This document shows positions 38,859 through 49,907 of a stretch of 64,000 nt of DNA, piece after piece (the first letter of the stretch is position 1; every line of letters begins with the position of its first letter). Made by a program: the position numbers and the translations under genes. Under the pieces are notes generated by a model that saw only the letters and a list, made by a program, of their open reading frames with translations, did not search any database and was not told the DNA's origin. This DNA comes from an uncultured Chlamydiae bacterium (GTDB taxonomy: Bacteria > Chlamydiota > Chlamydiia > Chlamydiales > Parachlamydiaceae), in assembly GCA_963754655.1 (NCBI GenBank), contig CAVWGN010000001.1:128001-192000 (forward strand), given 5' to 3'.

Positions 38859-39386
38859 TGATATCCTTTAAATAACCAAATAGCTTGATTTGTTTAATAG
38901 CCTGAACGGTTTCAAAGAAAATAGCCCAGGGCATCGCGCTGGGTTAGATTAGCCCTCGTCATGTAGTCTGAAGGACTACAAGAAAATCATCTCATCCCCA
39001 ACATGTTTTCATTAAACGCAATTCTCCATTTGTTTTTATCCAGTTAGAAGATCCTTTCTTAATTTCCTGAATAAGCTTACTCAATGGCAAAGTACATGGT
39101 AAAGAAACAAAAGGTGAGTCAAAAAGAATACCATAAAACAATGACATTTCAAAATGATTACTGCGGATTTTAAAAAATATGAAGTGGCGTTTGATGAAAG
39201 CGTGTTTGGGATAGATGATTCTCTTGTAGTCCTTCAGACTACATGACGAGGGCACATCTAACCCAGGGCGATGCCCTGGGCTATTTTATTTGAAGCCCTT
39301 CAGGCTATTAAACAAATCAAGCTATTTGGTTATTTAAGGTTATCACTGAGCCCTGGGCTATTTTATTTAAAGCCTTTCAGGCTATT
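38859..39386. mobile_element. Back-to-back IS200/IS605-type tnpA remnants with REP-like ends
   Basis: Inverted repeat 38859-39019 / 39187-39345. Minus-strand LPLSKLIQEIKKGSSNWIK; plus-strand QKEYHKTMTFQ...KKYEVAFDE (frameshifted). Partial third end at 39350-39386. Confidence 0.78.
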
Positions 39387-41580
39387 GTTCTAGAGGAGTC
39401 ACTTTCAAACCTACAGGTTCAGATTCATTACCTGCAGCATCAACAGAAACAATAAAATAAGTGTAAAAAGGTTCTCGTTTGCGTATAGGGTCAATAAATT
39501 CTAACTCATGCTTAGAGGGAATTGTGGCAATGAGTGTTTTTAATTCCGAATCGCGATAAATGTGATAAGCAACAGGAATCTCCCCTTCTGTTGGAGGTTT
39601 CCATCTTAAAATGTTGACCCAGTTAATTTCATTTCCTATTGCATTGTTTATTTGAAATCCCGTGACTAGTGTAGGAGGTAAAATGGCTAAATGGGTCATC
39701 TGCAGTAAAGGTGCTGAAGTGGACGGATTAAAGTTCTCATCGCCAGAATAAATTGCAATAATTCGATGTTCACCTTTTTTTAGCTCTTTAAAAACTGTCA
39801 AAGTAGCCTGATGACTATCAGTTAATTTTAAGGGATCTCCTACCTTTTCTTCATTAATTTGAAATTGAATGGTTCCTGTCAGTTTTTTATGGGCAGCAAC
39901 AGTGGCTGTAAAAGTGACAGATTGGCCAAGAATAGAGGGATTAACTGAAGAAACCACGGTTGTAGAAGTGTCGGCTTTATCGATTTGTTGGGTCAACACC
40001 ACATCAGAAGGACTAAAATTTTCACTCCCTAAATAATTAGCTTCTATTTGATGAGTTCCTGCATTTAAATGCTGGATAATGACAGAAACTTGGCCGTTTT
40101 TAAGAGAGCGCGCTTCTTCAAAATTTTTTCCATCAATTTTGAACTGAACAAGACCTGTGGGCTGCAATCCCTCAGCTGTCACCTTAGCCGTAATCTTTAC
40201 AGGACTGCCATACGTAGACGGATTTTTAGAAGAAGTTAATCCCGTCGTTTTAGCTTTTTTAACCTGTTGCATCAAAGAGTCTGCAGAAGGGCTAAAATTT
40301 TCATTGCCGCTGTATTCAGCTTCTATTTGATGAGAACCTGCTGTCAATTGATTAAGGGTAACGGAAACTTGTCCACTTCTTGAGAGAGATTGAATGCTGC
40401 CGAATTCTTTTCCATCCACTCTGAATCGAATCCATCCCTGGGGACGCGCAGTTTCAGAAGTCACTTTTGCTGTCATTCTCACTGCTATCCCATATGTCGA
40501 GGGATTTTCAGAAGAGATTAAATCCGTCTCGGTTTTAGCTTGTCCGATCATTTGGGTTAACAAACTAGTCGAAGGATCAAAATTTTTATTTCCTAGATAA
40601 TGAGCTTCAATATTGTAAGAGCCGCTAGGTAAGTCTTTGAGAATAATTATGGTTTGTCCATTGCTATCTAAAGATAAAGGATTACCATAATGAAGTTCAT
40701 TCATCATCAATTGAACCATGCCATCGGGTATTCCAGCTGAAGAAGTAACTTTTACCGTGAAGGTCATGGGTTGACCAAATAAAGAAGGATTCTCCGAAGA
40801 GGTTAATTGTGTCTTCGTGGGTCCTCTGTCAACTTGTTGCGTAAGTTGAATTTGCGAGGCTTGAAAATTCTCATTTCCTTGATAAATTGCCGTTATCGTA
40901 TGTGCTCCAACAGAAATATCCGCTGTTGAAAAAATGGCTTTTCCACTTGTATCAAGCTCACCTGTTGCGAAAGAAGATCCATCAATGAAGAGTTCGACTA
41001 ATCCGTTAGGTGTTGCCTTAGCAGGTGCCTCTGCATTAACGCCCACTGTGAATTTGACTAATTGATTCAACACAGAAGAGTTAGGTCCGGCTTTAATCAC
41101 ACAAGATGTTTTAGCTGGATACACCCAAAGATTCCAATAATCTCTTGAACTTTCAAAGATCTCATCTCCCGAATAAATTGCGGTAATAGAGTGTTGCTTT
41201 AAATGAGTAGGAGAAAGATTCGAAATGGTAAATTTTGTTTCTCCATTGGCAAGAGGCTGAGTAGAAGCGAGCACTTGATCAACTTCAAATTGAATCGTCC
41301 CTGTAGGGATGGATGCCGGAAGACGGGTGGGAACAACATGGGCAAAAAAAACAACGGGTTGGCTATAAATTGAGCTTTCTTCAGAAGAGCTTGTGATAAC
41401 AGTTTGAGTAGGCCTTGATCCTTCTTGAGGAACTGAAAAAACCTCTTGATTCTCTTCAACCTTTTTTGGCTCTTTTAAAAGATTTTGCAAGTCAGAATTT
41501 CCAACCAAGCTCTGAAAGAATGCAAAGAAGCAAAACAATAATAAGAAACAAGTTAACATTCTTAATGGCTTGAGTCTCAT
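39382..41580 (-). CDS. Secreted Ig-like (Big_3) repeat protein with a C-terminal FN3-like domain
   Basis: Signal peptide; six T.L.SS.NPS..G..V.FT...G.H.I.A.Y.G..NF..S repeats. Confidence 0.85.
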   Translation of the reverse strand: MRLKPLRMLTCFLLLFCFFAFFQSLVGNSDLQNLLKEPKKVEENQEVFSVPQEGSRPTQTVITSSSEESSIYSQPVVFFAHVVPTRLPASIPTGTIQFEVDQVLASTQPLANGETKFTISNLSPTHLKQHSITAIYSGDEIFESSRDYWNLWVYPAKTSCVIKAGPNSSVLNQLVKFTVGVNAEAPAKATPNGLVELFIDGSSFATGELDTSGKAIFSTADISVGAHTITAIYQGNENFQASQIQLTQQVDRGPTKTQLTSSENPSLFGQPMTFTVKVTSSAGIPDGMVQLMMNELHYGNPLSLDSNGQTIIILKDLPSGSYNIEAHYLGNKNFDPSTSLLTQMIGQAKTETDLISSENPSTYGIAVRMTAKVTSETARPQGWIRFRVDGKEFGSIQSLSRSGQVSVTLNQLTAGSHQIEAEYSGNENFSPSADSLMQQVKKAKTTGLTSSKNPSTYGSPVKITAKVTAEGLQPTGLVQFKIDGKNFEEARSLKNGQVSVIIQHLNAGTHQIEANYLGSENFSPSDVVLTQQIDKADTSTTVVSSVNPSILGQSVTFTATVAAHKKLTGTIQFQINEEKVGDPLKLTDSHQATLTVFKELKKGEHRIIAIYSGDENFNPSTSAPLLQMTHLAILPPTLVTGFQINNAIGNEINWVNILRWKPPTEGEIPVAYHIYRDSELKTLIATIPSKHELEFIDPIRKREPFYTYFIVSVDAAGNESEPVGLKVTPLEQ

Positions 41581-41724
41581 GACATCCTTCCTTTATTGGT
41601 GACGCATTGATTCAAATCTTTATGCCATTTATTCTTTAAAAACAATCTGTTAGTTTAGCAGGCACTATTATTTCATATAAAAGAGAGCTTTAACAAGCTC
41701 TATAGTTTGGAGGGAACTCGGCCC

Positions 41725-42018
41725 CTAATGGATAATACGGAAGTCGTCATGCGGCGTGTCAATAGGAAAAAACTGAATGGCTGCCTCTTCAATTTGTCCA
41801 GGAAAAGTTTCCTCTTTTAGCTTTTGCATCAATTCTTCTAAGCGCTTTTTAGAACCATGTGCATAAATTTCAACTGTTCCATCAATTAAATTACGAACTG
41901 TTCCAGTCAGTCTTAAACCCATTGCATAATAACGAGTCATAGCCCGAAATCCGACGCCTTGCACATTGCCTCTAACAATCGCGTGCATTTCGTAGAGATC
42001 TCTTGCTGAGTGTTCCAT
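41725..42018 (-). CDS. acyP: Acylphosphatase
   Basis: VRGNVQGVGFR, GTVRNLIDGTVE. Confidence 0.93.
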   Translation of the reverse strand: MEHSARDLYEMHAIVRGNVQGVGFRAMTRYYAMGLRLTGTVRNLIDGTVEIYAHGSKKRLEELMQKLKEETFPGQIEEAAIQFFPIDTPHDDFRIIH

Positions 42019-42091
42019 CCCGCCCTCCCGAATTTCAATTTTGAATTCACTTCGGTATTACATCATTCTTGTTATGTAACATAAACAGATG

Positions 42092-43129
42092 TTATAAACA
42101 ACAATCGGATTCTTGCTCTTGCTGTAATCCTTCATTGCCTTCTATTTCACCTAAAGGAAAATGAAGAATGAGATCATGAATTTCTTGAACGCTTTTTGCC
42201 CGACTAATCAATTCACGAAATTGACGCGTTCCAGAAGATTTTTTGAGATACCAACATCCTACGCGGCGCATATCGACACAAACTCGATGGTCATGATGAT
42301 AACGCTGTGTAAAGAGAAAATGTTCAAATAAAGCACTGCGACAATCTTCGAGCGAGCGTTCAATAGCTGGATCTCCTACAAGATAACGTAAAATATCTTC
42401 TACAATCCAAGGCTGTCCCATTGTTCCACGTGCCACTAGTACTGCATCGCATCCCGTCTTAGCATAAATTTCCTCCGCCGAAGGTCCATTGATGACATCT
42501 CCATTGCCAATGACTAAAATGTGGGAAGCGGCCAATTTGCAAGCCTTGATATATTCCCAATTGGCCGGACCCCGGTAGCCCTGCTGGCGCGTCCGTCCAT
42601 GCACACAAATCGCCTTTGCTCCCGCCTTTTCTGCTATTTTGACAATTTGCTCTGCATTAATGTGCTGTTCATCCCATCCCGCTCTAATTTTAACCGTCAC
42701 AGGAATTTTCACAGCCGCCACCATATTAGCCACCACCTCACCAATGAGCTCCGGCGTTTTGAGCATGCCCGAACCACTGCCATCTTTCGTCACTTTATCA
42801 ACAGGACATCCACAATTGAGATCAACCACATCAAATCCTAAATCTTCAATGATTTTAGCCGCTTGACCGGCGAGCCCGGGCTTGCTTCCACAAATCTGAG
42901 CGCCAATAGGATGCATGTCAGCCGAATAATCCAAGAGATGAAAAGTTCCCGCATCGTGCCGCACAAGTGCGTCCATTTTGATCATTTCACAATACATCAA
43001 TCCAGGCCGATACCTGGCCGACATCTTACGAAAGGGGAAATCAGAACATCCCGCTAAAGGAGCATACAAAATGCGATGGGAAAGCTTTAACGATCCCAGT
43101 TGAAGGGGTTGTGTTAACAGTTGTTTCAT
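42092..43129 (-). CDS. dusB: tRNA-dihydrouridine synthase
   Basis: APLAG, DLNCGCP, PVTVKIRAGW, VHGRT, GNGD. Confidence 0.9.
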   Translation of the reverse strand: MKQLLTQPLQLGSLKLSHRILYAPLAGCSDFPFRKMSARYRPGLMYCEMIKMDALVRHDAGTFHLLDYSADMHPIGAQICGSKPGLAGQAAKIIEDLGFDVVDLNCGCPVDKVTKDGSGSGMLKTPELIGEVVANMVAAVKIPVTVKIRAGWDEQHINAEQIVKIAEKAGAKAICVHGRTRQQGYRGPANWEYIKACKLAASHILVIGNGDVINGPSAEEIYAKTGCDAVLVARGTMGQPWIVEDILRYLVGDPAIERSLEDCRSALFEHFLFTQRYHHDHRVCVDMRRVGCWYLKKSSGTRQFRELISRAKSVQEIHDLILHFPLGEIEGNEGLQQEQESDCCL

Positions 43130-43389
43130 GCTAAATACGCGAGGAAATTAATCACTAAATTTTGGATAAATCTCAAACATAGAAAAGCCACAATGGGACT
43201 TAAATCAAACATACCCAAGGGGGGAATAATGCGTCGAAAAAAATTCAAATAGGGATCGGTATAATACCTAATAAATTGCATAATTCGATACTCATTAATT
43301 TGGGGTACCCAAGAAGACAGAATACGCGCAAATAAAAACAACGTATAAACTTGAAAAATTAAATTGACAAAGTAGATAATGATCACCAT
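43126..43389 (-). CDS. yggT: YggT family membrane protein
   Basis: ILSSW, TDPYL..FRRIIPPLGMFDLSPIVA. Confidence 0.9.
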   Translation of the reverse strand: MVIIIYFVNLIFQVYTLFLFARILSSWVPQINEYRIMQFIRYYTDPYLNFFRRIIPPLGMFDLSPIVAFLCLRFIQNLVINFLAYLA

Positions 43390-43510
43390 AGATTGACTTC
43401 CCAATAATCGTAGACTTCTATAAAATTTTAATAATTTGAATTCAAAACTTGAATTAATATTAAAATCCTACTAAAATCATCTATTTTAAGCATTAAAAAA
43501 ACTAAAAAGC

Positions 43511-45157
43511 ATGTTTAATTTCATTTCTTCGCCTACTTCGATTGGATTAGAACGCACGCTCAATGGCATTAAAGGGGCAAGCGTTGTGGCCGGCCGCAAA
43601 AGACCCTCTCTCCTTCGCCTTTTTACTCTTCATCCAGAAAAGGATAATGTAAAGCCGCTTTACATGCATCATCCAGTCATTACGACAGGATTAGAGGGCA
43701 AAGAGGTATTGGTCCGCCCTCTACGCTTGCCTTTAACTAAAAAAAAAGATATTGAAGAGGCTTTGGCTTTTCAAGCCGAGCCGCTTTTGCCCTATGCCGC
43801 TGATCAGGCTTTTTTAGCTTATCAAGAAATCGTTAAAACGGCGGATAGTACTGATTTAACTCTTTTAGCTGTGCGCAAAGAGGCCATTCAAGCCCATCTT
43901 GAGCCTTGGCAAGCTTTGCAAATTGAGCCAGAAAAGATTGCCTGCGTTTCTTCTGCTCTTTGCGAATTTGGAGCAACCTATTTAACCTCTGTTAAAACCT
44001 ATTTAATTTTGCATCTTCAGCGTCAAGAGATGACCTGTGTGTTAATTCAAGATGGCAAGTTATGGGCTTCTTTTGCCAAGCCAGAAGGATTAGATCTTCT
44101 ATGGGCAGCCCAATCTAACGAGGGCTCGGTCTCTTTACCTCAAAATGAAGAGGAGTGGCAAGCACTTGAACAGGAAAAAGAAAACCCCTTGACCGAGACT
44201 CTCAAACGGCTTCAAAAAGAAGTCACGAAAATGGGCTATGCTTTGGCCAAAGAGTGCAAGAGCGGCACAATTGAAGGCATTGCCGTGACAGGAGAAACTG
44301 CTGAATGGCAGGGATTCAGCCAAATCCTCACTCAACATCTGCACCTTCCCTTGTTGACCTGTCAACCTCCTGCTGGCTATTCTTCGCTAGATCTTTTCTC
44401 TTATGCTGTTCCGATTGGATTGGCCATCGGTTCATTGCCTGGCCGCGCACATTGCATTGATTTCCGCCAACAAGAATGGAGTTATCCACATCCTTGGCGT
44501 AGACTAAGAGCTCCTGTTGCGATGTATTTTGTTTCTATTCTTTTACTTTCTTACGCCTTTTATTTTTTTGGTCAGCAATACTTACATGATCATGAAAATC
44601 AGTTGAAGCAGAATTACATTCATTTGCTTTCTAGCATGAACAAATCGCATGAAGAGTTTGAATTGGCATTCGCAGCCAAAAATCCCGGCGCACATGAGCA
44701 ATTTAACGGTGAAATTCCAAAGATTGAACACATTCGTCAAGACGATTTGATGATGCGTTTGGCTTTTTTGCAAAAAGAACTGCAAGCAACACCCGATTCT
44801 TTTCCCTTATTTGCAAATGTTCCTCGCGTCAGCGACATCCTCGCTTGGCTAAGCCAACATCCTGCTGTGATTTTTACCGATGAAGAGGGAAAGCGACAAG
44901 CCAAGCTGCAAATTGAAAACTTTAGTTACACTATGATGAAGAGGCCGCAGCAGGGAAAAAAGCAAGAAAAGTATCAGGTAAAAGTAGAATTAGAATTTAG
45001 TAGTCCCACTCCCAAATGGGCACGCGAATTTCATGATGCTTTAATTGCTCCTAATGATTGGGTTGATTCTAAAGGAGAAGTGAAATGGAATACAAATCAC
45101 GGAAAATATAAAGCCTCATTTTTTTTAAAAGATAAAACCGCTTACCCCAGTTTATGA
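43511..45157 (+). CDS. PilM/GspL-like protein (conserved chlamydial)
   Basis: VLVRPLRLP...AL.FQAE.LLPY actin-like signature, followed by a TM helix and a periplasmic domain. Confidence 0.55.
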   Translation: MFNFISSPTSIGLERTLNGIKGASVVAGRKRPSLLRLFTLHPEKDNVKPLYMHHPVITTGLEGKEVLVRPLRLPLTKKKDIEEALAFQAEPLLPYAADQAFLAYQEIVKTADSTDLTLLAVRKEAIQAHLEPWQALQIEPEKIACVSSALCEFGATYLTSVKTYLILHLQRQEMTCVLIQDGKLWASFAKPEGLDLLWAAQSNEGSVSLPQNEEEWQALEQEKENPLTETLKRLQKEVTKMGYALAKECKSGTIEGIAVTGETAEWQGFSQILTQHLHLPLLTCQPPAGYSSLDLFSYAVPIGLAIGSLPGRAHCIDFRQQEWSYPHPWRRLRAPVAMYFVSILLLSYAFYFFGQQYLHDHENQLKQNYIHLLSSMNKSHEEFELAFAAKNPGAHEQFNGEIPKIEHIRQDDLMMRLAFLQKELQATPDSFPLFANVPRVSDILAWLSQHPAVIFTDEEGKRQAKLQIENFSYTMMKRPQQGKKQEKYQVKVELEFSSPTPKWAREFHDALIAPNDWVDSKGEVKWNTNHGKYKASFFLKDKTAYPSL

Positions 45158-45167
45158 ACGCATAGTT

Positions 45168-45791
45168 ATGTTTAAAAATATTCCTCTTTCCCGCTTTATT
45201 CTTTATTTGATTTGCCTTGGTTTGTTCCCTTTTATTTTTGTGGTTTTTTTGTTTATTTCTCAAAAAAATGAATTAGAAGAATTCGAAAATACACTTGAAA
45301 ACGTGGAAAATCAGGTTTTTATAAAAGAGAAAAAACAAGCACTCAATTTAGCCGTGCGCCAACACTTTCGCGATGCCGATCATTTTTACATTGATAAATA
45401 CTTAGAAACGTTGATTTTTTTGGAACCTGAAATTGAGCAGCTGCAAAAAATTGTCCAGGATAAGAATTTTGCCGATGACGATCGGATAAAAAAACGACTG
45501 GAATTATTGACGAGTCAAGGCAATGCGCTTGTTTTTTCAGAGGGCAGTGTTCAAACTTTTCCTTTATTTCAAGAAACATCTGAGACGCTGGTTCATCCTG
45601 TTGAAGTAAATGTGAGTGATATTCAAAAGATTCTTTCTCGCATTGAGGGGATAAAAATGGGTGAGTTTGCTACTGGCCTTCACCGCCCGCAGCTTGTCAT
45701 CACTGAATTTAAGCTTGATAAGAAGAAGCAAAATGATAAAAATGAAGTCTATCTTTTAAACTTAAAGCTTATCAAACGGGAATTCTTATGA
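45168..45791 (+). CDS. Conserved hypothetical membrane-anchored protein (possibly PilO/GspM-like)
   Basis: TM helix, coiled coil and beta-rich C-terminus; operonic with its neighbours. Confidence 0.55.
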   Translation: MFKNIPLSRFILYLICLGLFPFIFVVFLFISQKNELEEFENTLENVENQVFIKEKKQALNLAVRQHFRDADHFYIDKYLETLIFLEPEIEQLQKIVQDKNFADDDRIKKRLELLTSQGNALVFSEGSVQTFPLFQETSETLVHPVEVNVSDIQKILSRIEGIKMGEFATGLHRPQLVITEFKLDKKKQNDKNEVYLLNLKLIKREFL

Positions 45792-47098
45792 AAGAATGGA
45801 AAATATTCAAGCAATTGGGATTGGGCATTCTGCTTTGTGTGCTTCTGTTTGCCTTTACTGGAGCCAAACGTTCTCAAAACCGCAAACCGCGGCTTCTGCC
45901 TTTGTCGAGCGTTCATATTATTGACCGCAATGGATTTTCAGAGACAATCAGCAATAAAGAGCGCTTAAATCAATTTCAGAATGTCAATTTTTTGAGCTCA
46001 CAGCCTTATCAAAAGGTCTTACGTATCTATGCACGGAGTTCAACAGGAAATATTCGATCGGTTGTCAATACTTATCATGAAAATGGAAATCCCAAACAGT
46101 TTTTGGAAATTTTAAATGCCCGTGCAAATGGAAGCTATTGTGAATGGCATGAGAATGGCAATATGAGCATCCTGGCCAAAGTCATTGGAGGGATGGCAGA
46201 CGTCACTTCAGTAGCTGAGAAAACATGGTTATTTGATGGACCTTGTTATGCTTGGGATGAAGAAGAACGACAAATCGCAGAGATTAATTATTCTCAGGGC
46301 TCTTTAGAAGAACTGACCACTTATTTTCATCCTAATGGACAAATTTGGAAACGCATTCCCTATACCAAAAATCAAATCGAAGGAACAACAGAAATTTTCA
46401 GAAGCAATGGAGAGCTGCTTCAACAAATGACCTATTCCCAAGGACAAAGACACGGAGCTAGCGTACGCTATTGGGAAGGGCAGCAGCTGGCAAGCCATGA
46501 AGATTATTGTCGCGGCAAACTTGAAAATGGACAATACTTTGACAAAAAGGGAAATCTTGTCGCAGAAGTTAAACAGGGAGTGGGTTATCGTGCCATTTTC
46601 GGCAAAGAGAACATTCAAGAATTGCAAGAGTTTGTTGATGGTTCTTTAGAAGGCGAAGTGAAAGTTTTCAACCAAGAAGGGCGTCTCAAGCGGATTTATC
46701 ATGTCAAAAATGACATTAAACATGGTGAAGAAGTGGAGTATTATGATCGATTTTTTGCTTCTTCTGCACCTCCGCAACCCAAACTTTCTTTTTATTGGTA
46801 TGAGGGAAAAATCCAAGGAATGGTGAAAACTTGGTATCCTACAGGAGCTTTAGAAAGCCAAAAAGAGATGGCCAACAGTGCTAGGAATGGTGTGCTGACT
46901 GCCTGGTATCGCGACAGCAACCTCATGATGATTGAAGAATATGATAATGATAAACTGATGCGAGGAGATTACTTTAAAAGGGAAGAAAAAGTGCCTGTGA
47001 GCCAAATCATCGAAGGCAAAGGCGTTGCCACGATTTTTGATGCTGATGGACATTTCGTCCAAAAAATTTCCTATCTCAATGGCAAGCCTGAAATTTGA
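45788..47098 (+). CDS. YwqK/MORN-variant repeat protein
   Basis: Signal peptide; repeated Y/W-H.NG.......Y..G..(H/E)G motifs. Confidence 0.8.
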   Translation: MKEWKIFKQLGLGILLCVLLFAFTGAKRSQNRKPRLLPLSSVHIIDRNGFSETISNKERLNQFQNVNFLSSQPYQKVLRIYARSSTGNIRSVVNTYHENGNPKQFLEILNARANGSYCEWHENGNMSILAKVIGGMADVTSVAEKTWLFDGPCYAWDEEERQIAEINYSQGSLEELTTYFHPNGQIWKRIPYTKNQIEGTTEIFRSNGELLQQMTYSQGQRHGASVRYWEGQQLASHEDYCRGKLENGQYFDKKGNLVAEVKQGVGYRAIFGKENIQELQEFVDGSLEGEVKVFNQEGRLKRIYHVKNDIKHGEEVEYYDRFFASSAPPQPKLSFYWYEGKIQGMVKTWYPTGALESQKEMANSARNGVLTAWYRDSNLMMIEEYDNDKLMRGDYFKREEKVPVSQIIEGKGVATIFDADGHFVQKISYLNGKPEI

Positions 47099-47651
47099 TT
47101 CTCCCGACTCTATTGCTGCTTTAAAGCAGCAATGGCGCCATCGCTTGAAAAAGAGATGTCTAGAATTATCTATTGAAAAACGAAAACAAGCATCGGCACA
47201 AGCGTGTCACTTTCTCAAAAAAAGCTGTCAAGCAGCGCGCTTTGTCCTTTCTTTTGCTAGCTTTGGCTTTGAAATTAGTCTTTGGCCTTTCAATCAAGAG
47301 CTTGCTGCAGAAGAACGCCTTGTCTTGCCTGGCATTAAAGAAGAAAAATTGCTCTTATTTCAAGTCACCCATTTAAGCCATTTAGAGTCTCATCAGTGGG
47401 GAATGCTTGAACCTAAGATTTCTGTTTGTCCACTCCTTGATATTTCTCTAATAGACATTGCCCTTATTCCTGGCCTTGGATTTGATTTAAAAACAAAACA
47501 TCGCCTTGGATATGGCAAGGGTTATTATGATCGACTATTGGCATCGTCCTCTTCTATGCAAAGATGGGGAGTGGGGCTTCTAGAACAAGCTGTCAAAAAT
47601 CTCCCTTATTCCCAAGAAGACATTCCTTTGCATCAAATTCACTTATTTTGA
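47079..47651 (+). CDS. ygfA: 5-formyltetrahydrofolate cyclo-ligase
   Basis: GMLEP, LIPGLGFD...RLGYGKGYYDR; start codon uncertain. Confidence 0.9.
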   Translation: MASLKFDSPDSIAALKQQWRHRLKKRCLELSIEKRKQASAQACHFLKKSCQAARFVLSFASFGFEISLWPFNQELAAEERLVLPGIKEEKLLLFQVTHLSHLESHQWGMLEPKISVCPLLDISLIDIALIPGLGFDLKTKHRLGYGKGYYDRLLASSSSMQRWGVGLLEQAVKNLPYSQEDIPLHQIHLF

Positions 47652-47778
47652 ATTGGAGTGACCAAAAGACCTGCAATGGCGATACTCATCCAAAGAAAAT
47701 CACAACCTAATCGCAAAATAGAGCAAATTTTAAATTGAACAGCTCTTTCAGTTATAAAAGAGCCATTCTTTAAAAAAA

Positions 47779-48198
47779 TTATGGTCCTTGGTCACGTGGT
47801 GGAATGACATTTGAATCTTGATCGTTCTGCCTATCAGCACATTTGCTACAGCCAAAGCCCAAATACAAGGCAAAGATTGCAATAATGACATGCAAAACGA
47901 CATCGGCAGTATTATTAGCAATGAGCCCCAAAATGGGACGATCGCCATAGAACATTCCCAAGATGGCTACAAGCGCATAGATAATTCCAAAAATTTGGAA
48001 ATAAAGGCGAGAAGCATGTTCGCTAGTCAAACCACATAAAATGCTTACAACACCTGTTAAAATATGAATCCAGTTATGTTCAACGTTGACGTGGAATAAA
48101 TCCAATAATAAGCCATGTGGAGTCACCTGTGGAATAAATCCCAAGATGCCCACAATCACCATGATAATACCAAAGATAATTGCACACGTTTTTAACAT
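47779..48198 (-). CDS. DUF4383 membrane protein
   Basis: VGILGFIP, FHVN..HNWIH, N.AD..LH. Confidence 0.78.
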   Translation of the reverse strand: MLKTCAIIFGIIMVIVGILGFIPQVTPHGLLLDLFHVNVEHNWIHILTGVVSILCGLTSEHASRLYFQIFGIIYALVAILGMFYGDRPILGLIANNTADVVLHVIIAIFALYLGFGCSKCADRQNDQDSNVIPPRDQGP

Positions 48199-48757
48199 GC
48201 TAAACTCCTTCTTTAATGATTGGACTCAATAGTCTCCTTATCCACTGCTTTAGATTTATTTTTCAATAAAATATTTTATGTGATTCTATTAAATCTTATT
48301 TTAAGAAAATTATATCGAATATAATACATCATTAAATCAAAACAAGCATTTTTAAAATTAAACAGTCATAAATATAAATCGTGTATAACTCTTTATCACA
48401 CATCACAACTTTTTCAGATTACATGATGATGCCGGCAGGGTTCAATTGAAGGTAACATGTTTATGCCGTCCTTTCAGGCTATTAGATTCACGACAAGCAA
48501 ATGTCAAAAAAAACCCCATCTTTTTCCCTATGAACGGATAAGATGATTTGCTTTAAAAACTAATAAAATTTTATTAAAAAAAAGGTGATTTCTTCCCTGG
48601 AATCTTAATCCTAAAAAGGTTATGATTAAGACTCATTTTCGCCTATTTTGATTTGCCTTCAGAAACCACTTTGAACACCCTTTACACCCTTTCGGAGATG
48701 GGCAGAAAAAATGACTAATTTTTAGTTGTTAATTATCCTAAATTTAAAGGAGTTTGT

Positions 48758-49840
48758 ATGTCTCAACAAGCACCAGATGCCGAACGCAAAAAAGCGTTGG
48801 GCCTAGCTCTTAATCAAATTAAAAAACAATTTGGTGATGGTTCCATTATGACTTTTGGCAAGCACTCGTTAGAAAAAGAAATCGACGTCATCAAAACAGG
48901 TGCGCTAGCTCTTGACATTGCCTTGGGAATTGGCGGGGTTCCACGCGGCCGTATGGTAGAAATTTATGGTCCAGAATCTTCTGGAAAATCAACCCTAGCA
49001 ACACATATTGTCGCCAATGCGCAACGCAATGGAGGAGTCGCGGCTTATATTGACGCAGAACACGCATTGGATCCCAATTATGCCGCCAAAATTGGTGTTA
49101 ACCTCGACGATCTGCTCATTTCTCAACCTGACTCAGGTGAAGAAGCGCTCAATATTGCTGAGATGCTAGCCCGTTCTAATGCTGTCGATGTCATTGTGAT
49201 TGACTCGGTTGCTGCTCTTGTTCCTAAATCAGAACTTGAAGGGGAGATTGGAGATCAGTTCATGGGTCTTCACGCACGCTTAATGTCTCAGGCCTTGCGC
49301 AAACTCACTTCGGCTTTGGCAAAAAGCAATACTTGCGCCATTTTCATCAACCAAATCCGCGATAAGATTGGCGTGGTGTATGGCAATCCCGAGACAACAA
49401 CAGGCGGACGCGCTCTTAAATTCTATGCCTCTGTTCGCCTTGATATTCGCCGCACTGGAGGAATTAAAGGGCCAGACAACTCAGAAATTGGAAACCGTGT
49501 CAAAGTCAAGGTAAGCAAAAATAAAATGGCGCCTCCTTTCCAAATCGCTGAATTTGATATTCTCTTTAATGAGGGAATTTCGCGCACAGGTTCTGCCATT
49601 GACATGGCAACTGAGTTCAATGTCATTGATAAAAAAGGAGCTTGGTTTAGTTATAAAGGTCAACGCCTTGGACAAGGTCGCGAAGCTGTCAGAGAAGAAT
49701 TAAAAAACAATCCTAAGCTTCTCGAAGAAATTGAATCGTTGATTATTCAACATTATAAAGAGCGTCCTCGGTCTCCTAAAGGCGCTGCTCAACCCGCTGA
49801 ACAAGAAGAGCCTCAAACGGAAGAGGCACTAAACTCTTAA
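48758..49840 (+). CDS. recA: Recombinase RecA
   Basis: [37 protein letters not shown]. Confidence 0.99.
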   Translation: MSQQAPDAERKKALGLALNQIKKQFGDGSIMTFGKHSLEKEIDVIKTGALALDIALGIGGVPRGRMVEIYGPESSGKSTLATHIVANAQRNGGVAAYIDAEHALDPNYAAKIGVNLDDLLISQPDSGEEALNIAEMLARSNAVDVIVIDSVAALVPKSELEGEIGDQFMGLHARLMSQALRKLTSALAKSNTCAIFINQIRDKIGVVYGNPETTTGGRALKFYASVRLDIRRTGGIKGPDNSEIGNRVKVKVSKNKMAPPFQIAEFDILFNEGISRTGSAIDMATEFNVIDKKGAWFSYKGQRLGQGREAVREELKNNPKLLEEIESLIIQHYKERPRSPKGAAQPAEQEEPQTEEALNS

Positions 49841-49852
49841 TGTGTTTCTTTT

Positions 49853-49900
49853 GGCCTGCCTCTGGGCGTGTTTGCAAATGCTAGCGCCCTTTGGCAGGCT
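49853..49900. terminator. Hairpin between convergent recA and ispA
   Basis: GCCTGCC...GGGCG / CGCCC...GGCAGGC stem with T-rich flanks. Confidence 0.55.
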
Positions 49901-49907
49901 CTTTATT

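Noticed and set aside
38992..39255. 87-aa ORF as a real gene
   Set aside because: It is a chimera of repeat sequence and a short tnpA remnant, and lacks the HUH motif.
45788..47098. Toxin-antitoxin system suggested by the YwqK label
   Set aside because: No adjacent toxin; it is a MORN-like repeat protein in a conserved chlamydial housekeeping block.
46900..47100. 6S RNA upstream of ygfA
   Set aside because: ygfA overlaps the upstream CDS, leaving no intergenic space.
48200..48757. LexA box or ncRNA upstream of recA
   Set aside because: No convincing SOS palindrome; only a degenerate CCTTTCAGGCTATT REP fragment near 48470.
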